Source: Candidatus Cloacimonadales bacterium (GTDB lineage Bacteria; Cloacimonadota; Cloacimonadia; Cloacimonadales; DAONDQ01). From it: a stretch of DNA of 64,000 nt. The notes beneath the pieces are model-generated. The model was not told the DNA's origin and did not search any database. It was given only the letters and a program-made list of their open reading frames with translations. The translations under genes were made by a program, and so were the position numbers. Numbering within the stretch: the first letter of the stretch is position 1; every line of letters starts with the position of its first letter. The stretch is from the NCBI GenBank assembly GCA_963662275.1, contig OY759316.1, forward strand, positions 192,001-256,000, in the 5' to 3' direction. Shown here piece by piece: positions 9,234 to 18,167 of the stretch.

Positions 9234-10340
9234 ATGCTTGATTTATTGAGTGGCTTCATCGTACTGGTTACTGATTACAAAGCTTTAATTATGATACTTG
9301 TTGGAGCTGGTCTGATCTACCTTGCAATTCGCAAAGAATATGAGCCTGCACTATTACTGCCTATCGGTTTCGGTACAATCCTGGCTAATCTCCCCATGTC
9401 CTCAGCAATAGGAGCTGATGGCATCCTGACTTTCCTGTTTAAAATCGGTATTCTGACAGAACTCTTCCCACTCCTAATATTTATTGCAATCGGAGCGATG
9501 ATTGACTTCACTCCTTTATTAAAAAATCCGCTAATGCTCTTATTTGGGGCAGCTGCACAATTTGGTATTTTCTTTACTTTATCGACTGCAACCTTACTTG
9601 GCTTTTCTCTTAAACAATCAGCCTCTATCGGTATTATCGGTGCAGCGGATGGTCCAACTTCCATTTATGTAGCCACAAAATTTGCCACTGAATTATTGGG
9701 ACCTATATCTGTTGCCGCCTATTCATATATGGCGCTTGTACCAATTATTCAACCACCAGTCATTCGCCTTCTAACTTCTTCTAAAGAAAGAAAGATACGA
9801 ATGGATTATCAAGCGGGTGATGTCTCTCGAACTGTGAAAATTATCTTTCCTATTTTAGTAACCATGCTTGCTGGTATCATTGCACCTACTTCCGTCGCGC
9901 TGATCGGATTTCTTATGTTTGGAAACCTGATTCGTGAATGCGGTGTTTTAAAAAATCTTTCCGAAACTGCTCAAAAAGAATTAGCAAATCTTGTAACTAT
10001 CCTACTTGGAATCACAATTGCTTCTACAATGACTGGGGAGCGATTCATCCAGCCAACGACACTGATGATTCTTGTTATGGGATTATTTGCTTTTATCTTC
10101 GATACCGCTGGTGGTGTTCTTTTTGCTAAATTATTGAATCTTTTTTTAAAGAAGAAGATCAATCCCATGGTGGGAGCTTGCGGTATTTCGGCTTTCCCCA
10201 TGTCGGCTAGGGTCATTCAGAAAATGGGACAAAAGGAAGATCCCTTCAATTTTCTATTGATGCCTGCCGTAAGTGCTAATGTTGCTGGTCAAATCGGATC
10301 AGTTATTGCTGGTGGTTTAATCCTGGCACTTGTACATTAA
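9234..10340 (+). CDS. oadB: Na+-translocating decarboxylase beta subunit (OadB/MmdB/GcdB family; substrate unknown)
   Basis: YEPALLLPIGFG, GAMIDF, GAAAQFGIF, IGIIGAADGPT, VAAYSYMALVP, GISAFPMSARV. Confidence 0.92.
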   Translation: MLDLLSGFIVLVTDYKALIMILVGAGLIYLAIRKEYEPALLLPIGFGTILANLPMSSAIGADGILTFLFKIGILTELFPLLIFIAIGAMIDFTPLLKNPLMLLFGAAAQFGIFFTLSTATLLGFSLKQSASIGIIGAADGPTSIYVATKFATELLGPISVAAYSYMALVPIIQPPVIRLLTSSKERKIRMDYQAGDVSRTVKIIFPILVTMLAGIIAPTSVALIGFLMFGNLIRECGVLKNLSETAQKELANLVTILLGITIASTMTGERFIQPTTLMILVMGLFAFIFDTAGGVLFAKLLNLFLKKKINPMVGACGISAFPMSARVIQKMGQKEDPFNFLLMPAVSANVAGQIGSVIAGGLILALVH

Positions 10341-10350
10341 GGAGAATGTA

Positions 10351-10743
10351 ATGAATGATATCATGAAAGAATTATTAGATATAGCGAAACAAGCATCCAA
10401 GAATGCTTATGCTCCCTACTCGAATTTCAAGGTTGGGGCTGCTGTCCGCGCATCAAGTGGTGCAATCTATTCAGCATGCAATGTGGAAAATTCTTCCTAC
10501 TCTCTTACTCTCTGTGCTGAACGAAATGCAATATTCCAGGCGATATCTAAAGGTGAACGCATAATTACAGAAATCGCAATTTATGTTGATAGTGATAAGC
10601 TTTTTCCCCCTTGTGGTGCATGTCGGCAGGTAATGGCTGAATTTGCTTCCGACTTACCTATCGTTTATGCTTCTCATAATGAAGTTCTAGAGTCTAAATT
10701 ATCAGATCTATTACCCCAGAGTTTTTTATTAAAAAATGACTGA
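10351..10743 (+). CDS. cdd: Cytidine deaminase (homotetrameric type)
   Basis: AYAPYSNFKVGAA, NVEN, CAERNA, PCGACRQ; start moved to ATG 10351 after AAGGAG. Confidence 0.95.
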   Translation: MNDIMKELLDIAKQASKNAYAPYSNFKVGAAVRASSGAIYSACNVENSSYSLTLCAERNAIFQAISKGERIITEIAIYVDSDKLFPPCGACRQVMAEFASDLPIVYASHNEVLESKLSDLLPQSFLLKND

Positions 10744-11629
10744 TCCATTATTTCTGGAGTATCAGAATTGTCTGCTTTGCCCTCGAAATTGCAGTATAAA
10801 TCGTTATGAAACCACAGGATATTGCAATAGTACAGCAAACTTGAAAATGAATATTGCTCAACTGCATTTTGGAGAAGAACCCCCTATTTCCGGTACAAAT
10901 GGCAGCGGTACAATTTTTCTCAGTAATTGTAATCTGAAGTGTGTGTTTTGCCAAAATTACGAGATCAACGACTTTGGACAGGGTAAGGAAATATCGCTGG
11001 AAATGCTCGTTCAGATCATGTTTGATTTGAAAAACAAAGGTGCTCATAATATCAACTTTGTCACCCCAACTCACTTCACACCTCATATAAGAGCAGCTAT
11101 CATCCAGGCAAAAAACAACGGATTGAATATTCCAATCGTTTGGAATTCCAATGCCTATGAAAAACTGGAAACTCTGAAATCCATGGAAGGTTTAGTGGAT
11201 ATTTATCTTCCAGACTTGAAATATGCTGCAGGTATCTTTGCAGGTAAGTATTCGGGTGCAAAGGACTATCCTCAAATTGCTCAGCCTGGTATCTTGGAGA
11301 TGTATCGCCAAGTTGGTAACCTGCAGGAAAATCTTGGTATTGCTTCAAAAGGATTAATTATTCGGCTGCTTGTTTTACCTAATCAACTGGCAGGAATACG
11401 TCAAAATCTGTATTGGATTCATGAAAATCTCGGTGTAGAAACATATATTAGTCTCATGGGGCAATATTATCCAACGCATAAGGCGAACGAATACCCTGAG
11501 ATCAATCGTGGTATCACCCATGATGAATACAGCAAAGTATCAGATTTATTGCATGACTTGGGTTTTCAAAATGGTTTTATCCAGGATTGCGGCAGTACTT
11601 CAGATTGGACTCCAACATTTGAAGAATAA
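10736..11629 (+). CDS. Radical SAM protein, PflX-like (PFL-activase-related, uncharacterised)
   Basis: CLLCPRNC, HFGEEPPISG..GSGTIF, CNLKCVFC (CxxxCxxC), NINFVTPTH, VDIYLPDLKY. Confidence 0.9.
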   Translation: MTDPLFLEYQNCLLCPRNCSINRYETTGYCNSTANLKMNIAQLHFGEEPPISGTNGSGTIFLSNCNLKCVFCQNYEINDFGQGKEISLEMLVQIMFDLKNKGAHNINFVTPTHFTPHIRAAIIQAKNNGLNIPIVWNSNAYEKLETLKSMEGLVDIYLPDLKYAAGIFAGKYSGAKDYPQIAQPGILEMYRQVGNLQENLGIASKGLIIRLLVLPNQLAGIRQNLYWIHENLGVETYISLMGQYYPTHKANEYPEINRGITHDEYSKVSDLLHDLGFQNGFIQDCGSTSDWTPTFEE

Positions 11630-11714
11630 AACGGTGTTTCCTTCTCTGGTAACGGAGTAATCAACCCATTCTTTAACAGCTTAACAAGGCGTGATGATAT
11701 TAAAACATAAGTAA

Positions 11715-11743
11715 TAGGGGCAGACACATTGGTCTGCCCCTAC
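11715..11743. repeat. GTAG-type REP hairpin between convergent genes; may act as a terminator
   Basis: TAGGGGCAGAC-acattg-GTCTGCCCCTA, 11-bp perfect stem; GTAG on the minus strand. Confidence 0.75.
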
Positions 11744-11753
11744 AAGCTATAAG

Positions 11754-13211
11754 CTATTTGACCATCACCATTTTGTGGGTCAAGATCCTGCCTCCGGTTT
11801 CAAGTTTAGTAAAATAGACTCCGGAAGAGACTTTATTGCCATCCTGGTTATCGCCATTCCATGTGATCTTGTGATTACCAATTGCCATCGTCTCATTGAC
11901 CATTAGTTTAACCAATTGTCCTTTCATATTGTAGATACCAATTTGGACATTTTCATTTTTGGGTACAAAATAACTGATCGTGGTCGTAGGATTAAATGGG
12001 TTTGGATAGTTCGATATCGTGAGTGGAGCACTAGGACTGGTCTGATCATTATTCGGGGTAACAATTGGTAAAGTCAGGAAATGCGTAGTAAATAAGGTTT
12101 CATACCCCCCAGCGTTGCTTAATCCACCAGTGAAAAGTATCCGCCCATCCTGTAATTGAGACCATTCCATATTGCTGTTACCGACTAAATTATCAAAATC
12201 TAGCCTTGTTGTATCAGAAACGGCAACATTACCTGCAATAGCGATTAAGTGGTTTGCATTACTTTGAATATTATACGCCAGCAAGAAGGGCATACTATAG
12301 GTATAGTCATACATCACATTGTTTCGTAACCCATCCGTAGAAGAATTGGGTAAAATTACCGGGAGCTTGGTTATTTCAGCAGTTGTGGGATTTACTGTAA
12401 ACAAAGTGTAACTGGTAATACCTTCAATTGCTCTTTCAGCCAGGCAAAGGAAATTGCCACTAGGTAGTAGCAATTGTTGGTTCATGTCTGAATTAATAGT
12501 CCAGCCGATCTCACCGGGAAATAATTGCTCAGAGACCAGTGTAAATTGATTTGTTGTACGGTTAAAACGTTCAACACTGGTACGTAAGGAATCGGGATGA
12601 TTAAACGAGGACAACCCGCCTATTACCAATGCTCCGCCATCGTTGAGAGGTAGCACAACAGTGGCAGAACGACCAAAAAACATGTTACCTGTGGGTGTCC
12701 AGGTATTGTTTGTGGGTGAATAAATCTCACCAGTTTTGTCAGCATTTGAATTGTACCAGGCACCGACTGCCAAAACAGTCCCATCGCTTAGTAAGCAGGA
12801 ACCGAAAAGCATACGCTGCTGATTCATTGATGCACATGGTTCAATTGCATGAGACATGGTATTGATGATATCGCAGTTGTTAACACCGGGAGCATTCCCC
12901 ATCGTAGCAAATGCCCCACCGCAAACTATCCATCTGGCGTCATCAAGTTGACTCACCGAACACATATCATGATTGGATGATAAGGCTAGCTGAGTAAAAA
13001 CACCAGATATGGGAATATAATATTCCGCTGTGCTTAAGGCAACAAATCCGTTTGTATGACCACCGACTAGCCATACAGTACCATTATTGTCAGTAAATTG
13101 AAAATGCGAACGACGCGCTACGGTCATGTCAGGACCGGTTGTCAATGTTAATGCCTGACAGATTAAAGGGAGAGCCATACAAAATAACAGAACAATAATC
13201 AAGGTTTTCAT
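11754..13211 (-). CDS. Secreted Kelch-repeat protein with C-terminal sorting domain
   Basis: Signal peptide; Kelch blades (VWLVGG, LLSDGTVLAVGA, EIYSPTNNTWTPTGNM..GRS, LQDGRILFTGG); SNYPNPFNP domain. Confidence 0.85.
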   Translation of the reverse strand: MKTLIIVLLFCMALPLICQALTLTTGPDMTVARRSHFQFTDNNGTVWLVGGHTNGFVALSTAEYYIPISGVFTQLALSSNHDMCSVSQLDDARWIVCGGAFATMGNAPGVNNCDIINTMSHAIEPCASMNQQRMLFGSCLLSDGTVLAVGAWYNSNADKTGEIYSPTNNTWTPTGNMFFGRSATVVLPLNDGGALVIGGLSSFNHPDSLRTSVERFNRTTNQFTLVSEQLFPGEIGWTINSDMNQQLLLPSGNFLCLAERAIEGITSYTLFTVNPTTAEITKLPVILPNSSTDGLRNNVMYDYTYSMPFLLAYNIQSNANHLIAIAGNVAVSDTTRLDFDNLVGNSNMEWSQLQDGRILFTGGLSNAGGYETLFTTHFLTLPIVTPNNDQTSPSAPLTISNYPNPFNPTTTISYFVPKNENVQIGIYNMKGQLVKLMVNETMAIGNHKITWNGDNQDGNKVSSGVYFTKLETGGRILTHKMVMVK

Positions 13212-13278
13212 GATAACTCCTATCTTATGTATTTTGCTACGTAAAAGTTAATAGAAATATTTGACGCTGTAATATGAA

Positions 13279-13285
13279 TGTCAAG
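13279..13285 (-). promoter_or_regulatory. -35-like box CTTGACA upstream of the Kelch gene
   Basis: TTGACA on the minus strand about 70 bp before the ATG, preceded by an A-tract; no canonical -10 at 17 bp. Confidence 0.5.
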
Positions 13286-13287
13286 TT

Positions 13288-13301
13288 ATTTTTTTATCTA
13301 G
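13288..13301. repeat. 14-bp target-site repeat ATTTTTTTATCTAG (also 14948-14961 and 16608-16621)
   Basis: Three identical copies flank and separate the two IS4-like elements. Confidence 0.9.
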
Positions 13302-14947
13302 CTCACATCCCCCCGTTTTTCAAACCAGGTATTTTTAGCTGCTGATTATCCAGCCATTTTCCTGCAAAAGGATTGAGCCTGTACCTTGTCACGGTGGCAA
13401 AACACATCTCTATCAGCATTGACAGACGATAATACACAAAGTCATATATCTGCTTCCACTGTTTATTTGAGTATTTCATAAGATTTGGGAAGGCATCTAA
13501 AAATACGCCAGCATACTTTTTCAGAGAATACAGGTAGCACATAGCTAGCAGAAGCAGCTGGTTCATGTTTTTCAGACGGGTATATGATTTCAGTTGTATC
13601 TTTTCCCAACCATATTCCTGCTTGATATGGCGATGGACCTCTTCGATTTTCCAGCGTATGCGATACATCCGCAAAACCTTCTCCATGATAGCATTTTCCG
13701 TCAGATAAGGTTGTGTCGGAAAGTCGCAGATGAAATAGAAATATCCCTGTCTGCCACTAGCATCGGGACTGAACTGTGCAACAATAAGCCAGGCATCTGT
13801 AGTATCAGGGTATTTTACAGGGTAAGGATTCAAACGCAGCTTCACCCGCGTTAAACCACATTTTATCTGTTGTCCTGATTCTTGCAGATTGAATGTATGA
13901 TCGAGTTTCACTGTCTTTGCCACTGCCATGAAGTTCTGTTCGCAGCCATCCATGATAAGACTTCTTTCACCTGTTGATCTGATGATATAGCTTAGTCCAT
14001 GTTCATGCAGAAAGCTGAATAGATTTCGGTTGTCAAAGCCACGGTCGAAAATAGTTACTCCACGGTTACCACTTGCAAGAATAATCCCCACTAGCCGGTC
14101 TTCCATGATCTGAGAGACGCTATCCAGTTCCATGTTTCGGGCTATCAGGTCTGAACTGATGGGTTTTATCTCATAGCCTGTACTGCCTGCCTGATAGGCA
14201 ATTATATTCAGCAATGCATAGCCCTGCTGATCATGACTGCCGGTGCTGCCATCACGCACCTTCTGCAATCCCTCCATCTTTTTGGCTTTGGTTTTTACGA
14301 TATCACTTTCATCAACTATGATGCCTGTCTCATCATCAAAACCCTGGCACTGATGCCTAATTATTTCCGCTTGCAGCTTATCTCCTAAGGGCTTCTTATT
14401 CAAATGTCGGGTGAAACGTTCGCAGAGCTTTTTAACCGTGATTGGTTCATTTAGCTGTTTCGCTATTTGGAGCATAATTACAGATTTACTTTTCAGTATC
14501 CCTAAGCAGATATCCTGTATGAACTTATACACAGGTAGAGATTGCGTTTCTCTAAAATTATTCAGAAATTGTAACAATTTTACTTGCAAGGTTTCTCTGG
14601 TTTTGATTTGCTTCTTATTAATCATGGGTGTCTCCTTCTTAGGTTTGGTTTAGTGCTTGAACAAAAGATCGGAGACACTTTTTTTGTACAGTTTTATTAT
14701 GGACATTCTATATAGTTATCTTATTTTCTCACATAATTTTATAAGTTTTATTAAAATACCTGCTTTTTGCTTTTACCGTGAAAACACAACTCTTCTGTTT
14801 ACCGTAAATTACAAATTGCACTAGTTTCTGTTTAGGAGTTTTGACCAACCAGTGATGTTAAACAGATTTTCAAAGTCGGCAAAACGTTTGACTGTTACTA
14901 TAAACGCTTCTAAACTAATTGTTAAGAAAATTACGGGGGGATGCCTG
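13302..14947 (-). mobile_element. IS4-superfamily insertion sequence, copy 1 (1646 bp)
   Basis: Imperfect TIRs CTCACATCCCCCCGT / CAGGCATCCCCCCGT; 14-bp direct repeats; single DDE transposase. Confidence 0.92.
13303..14625 (-). CDS. IS4-like DDE transposase (440 aa)
   Basis: IIVDESD, FDRGFD and Y-(2)-R-(3)-E-(6)-K signature YRIRWKIEEVHRHIK; stop codon lies inside the TIR. Confidence 0.93.
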   Translation of the reverse strand: MINKKQIKTRETLQVKLLQFLNNFRETQSLPVYKFIQDICLGILKSKSVIMLQIAKQLNEPITVKKLCERFTRHLNKKPLGDKLQAEIIRHQCQGFDDETGIIVDESDIVKTKAKKMEGLQKVRDGSTGSHDQQGYALLNIIAYQAGSTGYEIKPISSDLIARNMELDSVSQIMEDRLVGIILASGNRGVTIFDRGFDNRNLFSFLHEHGLSYIIRSTGERSLIMDGCEQNFMAVAKTVKLDHTFNLQESGQQIKCGLTRVKLRLNPYPVKYPDTTDAWLIVAQFSPDASGRQGYFYFICDFPTQPYLTENAIMEKVLRMYRIRWKIEEVHRHIKQEYGWEKIQLKSYTRLKNMNQLLLLAMCYLYSLKKYAGVFLDAFPNLMKYSNKQWKQIYDFVYYRLSMLIEMCFATVTRYRLNPFAGKWLDNQQLKIPGLKNGGM

Positions 14948-14961
14948 ATTTTTTTATCTAG

Positions 14962-16607
14962 CTCACATCCCCCCGTTTTTCAAACCAGGTATTTTTAGCT
15001 GCTGATTATCCAGCCATTTTCCTGCAAAAGGATTGAGCCTGTACCTTGTCACGGTGGCAAAACACATCTCTATCAGCATTGACAGACGATAATACACAAA
15101 GTCATATATCTGCTTCCACTGTTTATTTGAGTATTTCATAAGATTTGGGAAGGCATCTAAAAATACGCCAGCATACTTTTTCAGAGAATACAGGTAGCAC
15201 ATAGCTAGCAGAAGCAGCTGGTTCATGTTTTTCAGACGGGTATATGATTTCAGTTGTATCTTTTCCCAACCATATTCCTGCTTGATATGGCGATGGACCT
15301 CTTCGATTTTCCAGCGTATGCGATACATCCGCAAAACCTTCTCCATGATAGCATTTTCCGTCAGATAAGGTTGTGTCGGAAAGTCGCAGATGAAATAGAA
15401 ATATCCCTGTCTGCCACTAGCATCGGGACTGAACTGTGCAACAATAAGCCAGGCATCTGTAGTATCAGGGTATTTTACAGGGTAAGGATTCAAACGCAGC
15501 TTCACCCGCGTTAAACCACATTTTATCTGTTGTCCTGATTCTTGCAGATTGAATGTATGATCGAGTTTCACTGTCTTTGCCACTGCCATGAAGTTCTGTT
15601 CGCAGCCATCCATGATAAGACTTCTTTCACCTGTTGATCTGATGATATAGCTTAGTCCATGTTCATGCAGAAAGCTGAATAGATTTCGGTTGTCAAAGCC
15701 ACGGTCGAAAATAGTTACTCCACGGTTACCACTTGCAAGAATAATCCCCACTAGCCGGTCTTCCATGATCTGAGAGACGCTATCCAGTTCCATGTTTCGG
15801 GCTATCAGGTCTGAACTGATGGGTTTTATCTCATAGCCTGTACTGCCTGCCTGATAGGCAATTATATTCAGCAATGCATAGCCCTGCTGATCATGACTGC
15901 CGGTGCTGCCATCACGCACCTTCTGCAATCCCTCCATCTTTTTGGCTTTGGTTTTTACGATATCACTTTCATCAACTATGATGCCTGTCTCATCATCAAA
16001 ACCCTGGCACTGATGCCTAATTATTTCCGCTTGCAGCTTATCTCCTAAGGGCTTCTTATTCAAATGTCGGGTGAAACGTTCGCAGAGCTTTTTAACCGTG
16101 ATTGGTTCATTTAGCTGTTTCGCTATTTGGAGCATAATTACAGATTTACTTTTCAGTATCCCTAAGCAGATATCCTGTATGAACTTATACACAGGTAGAG
16201 ATTGCGTTTCTCTAAAATTATTCAGAAATTGTAACAATTTTACTTGCAAGGTTTCTCTGGTTTTGATTTGCTTCTTATTAATCATGGGTGTCTCCTTCTT
16301 AGGTTTGGTTTAGTGCTTGAACAAAAGATCGGAGACACTTTTTTTGTACAGTTTTATTATGGACATTCTATATAGTTATCTTATTTTCTCACATAATTTT
16401 ATAAGTTTTATTAAAATACCTGCTTTTTGCTTTTACCGTGAAAACACAACTCTTCTGTTTACCGTAAATTACAAATTGCACTAGTTTCTGTTTAGGAGTT
16501 TTGACCAACCAGTGATGTTAAACAGATTTTCAAAGTCGGCAAAACGTTTGACTGTTACTATAAACGCTTCTAAACTAATTGTTAAGAAAATTACGGGGGG
16601 ATGCCTG
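14962..16607 (-). mobile_element. IS4-superfamily insertion sequence, copy 2 (tandem, apparently identical)
   Basis: Repeat of 13302-14947 at period 1660; identical translated protein. Confidence 0.92.
14963..16285 (-). CDS. IS4-like DDE transposase (440 aa), copy 2
   Basis: Identical to 13303-14625. Confidence 0.93.
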   Translation of the reverse strand: MINKKQIKTRETLQVKLLQFLNNFRETQSLPVYKFIQDICLGILKSKSVIMLQIAKQLNEPITVKKLCERFTRHLNKKPLGDKLQAEIIRHQCQGFDDETGIIVDESDIVKTKAKKMEGLQKVRDGSTGSHDQQGYALLNIIAYQAGSTGYEIKPISSDLIARNMELDSVSQIMEDRLVGIILASGNRGVTIFDRGFDNRNLFSFLHEHGLSYIIRSTGERSLIMDGCEQNFMAVAKTVKLDHTFNLQESGQQIKCGLTRVKLRLNPYPVKYPDTTDAWLIVAQFSPDASGRQGYFYFICDFPTQPYLTENAIMEKVLRMYRIRWKIEEVHRHIKQEYGWEKIQLKSYTRLKNMNQLLLLAMCYLYSLKKYAGVFLDAFPNLMKYSNKQWKQIYDFVYYRLSMLIEMCFATVTRYRLNPFAGKWLDNQQLKIPGLKNGGM

Positions 16608-17036
16608 ATTTTTTTATCTAGTCTGTTTCTGATAGATTTTCCTCGTTTTTTTCTCTTTAAATAGACTTTTAAGTAAAAAAATATATCAATAAAAAGTATC
16701 TAAAGCTAGAAAGATTAAGGGCAAGATACAAACACTTCCAAGAGATGCTTTGGGATACTGTAAGAGTGCTGAATAGTATATCATGCTTTCAAATCAAGTA
16801 TACGGTAAATTGGAATGACAGGGATGATTCAAATTAACAGATAACATCCAGGATTTATTACAATATTCTTGAGACTAAAAAGCACAGTATCAAAAGAAAA
16901 ATGATCATAAAAAAGCAGGTGCTAGACAACATGACACAGCAATTACAAAAAAAACAGTTGACTAATTCTTCTAGTACAGTTCCTGCTCTTATTAGTAACT
17001 GATGAATTAGAAAAGACTTAAGAATGGATGATATAA

Positions 17037-18149
17037 ATGAAATATAGATATATGCTACTCATGTTGCTGATTTGTGTTACTTTATCAGCAGATATCAAGA
17101 TCACTTTTCAAAAAGTACCTATCTGCAGCATGCTGCAAACTAGTATTATAGAAAATCAAGAATATTTTAAGCTAGCTGATTTCAATGCTATCTTCCGTTC
17201 CTATTCTTCAGAAGAGATAGCTGATTCGCGATTAAATCTTAATCTTTATGGGGAACAGTTTTTCTTTTTATTGAATTCACCTTATGTGCTTTTTCAAAAC
17301 AAAGTATATGATATCAAATATTCAACCAAAGTTCAGAACAACTATTATTATCTTCCGCTGAATTTCATTACTGATCTTCTACCAGTCGTATTATCTAATC
17401 AATTCAGAAAACAGGGAGATGAGCTTGTTTGCCAGAAACCTCTAGATAATTCCATCCAGACAATCGTGATCGACCCGGGACATGGGGGAAAAGATCCAGG
17501 CGCTGTTGGATATCGGAAAACTCATGAAAGCGACATAACCCTGAAATTGGCTCTTATGCTGAAAGCTATGCTGGAAAAGGAACTAGGTGTAAGAGTATTA
17601 CTGACACGTTCAACGAATGAATTTGTCTCTCTGAATGAAAGGACTACTTTTGCCAATAACCAGAAAGCTGATCTATTTATCTCAATTCACTGCAATGCAT
17701 CCAAATCACGTACTGCTGAAGGAACGGAATTATACTATCTTTCCACAGCAAGAACGACAGAATCACGTGCTGTGGAATCTATGGAAAATGAAGTGGTTGC
17801 CAAGTATGAAGGTGGTCAAAACGCTGTTAAAAAATACGATGACCTGACATTCATTCTTTCCGACATGATGCAGACTGAACAATTGGAAGAAAGCAATGCG
17901 CTTTCCCAAAAACTAATCAATAATATCGTCATTGGTACTTCCGGTCTGGATCACGGTGTTCACCAAGCTGGTTTCTATGTACTTAGGGGAGCATTCATGC
18001 CTTCGGTACTGATAGAAACTGAATATATCTCCAACTTGAAAGCAGAAAAAAAAATAAATGATCCTCTTTACCAGGAAATGGTAGTTAAATCCATATTCTA
18101 TGGCATTAAAAGCTTCAAATATCAATATGATCGGATTCGAAATTCTTAA
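17037..18149 (+). CDS. N-acetylmuramoyl-L-alanine amidase (Amidase_3, AmiC-like)
   Basis: Signal peptide; IVIDPGHGGKDPGA, LTRS, ADLFISIHCNA, FYVLRGAFMPSVLIE. Confidence 0.93.
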   Translation: MKYRYMLLMLLICVTLSADIKITFQKVPICSMLQTSIIENQEYFKLADFNAIFRSYSSEEIADSRLNLNLYGEQFFFLLNSPYVLFQNKVYDIKYSTKVQNNYYYLPLNFITDLLPVVLSNQFRKQGDELVCQKPLDNSIQTIVIDPGHGGKDPGAVGYRKTHESDITLKLALMLKAMLEKELGVRVLLTRSTNEFVSLNERTTFANNQKADLFISIHCNASKSRTAEGTELYYLSTARTTESRAVESMENEVVAKYEGGQNAVKKYDDLTFILSDMMQTEQLEESNALSQKLINNIVIGTSGLDHGVHQAGFYVLRGAFMPSVLIETEYISNLKAEKKINDPLYQEMVVKSIFYGIKSFKYQYDRIRNS

Positions 18150-18167
18150 TATCCAACAGGAGACCAC

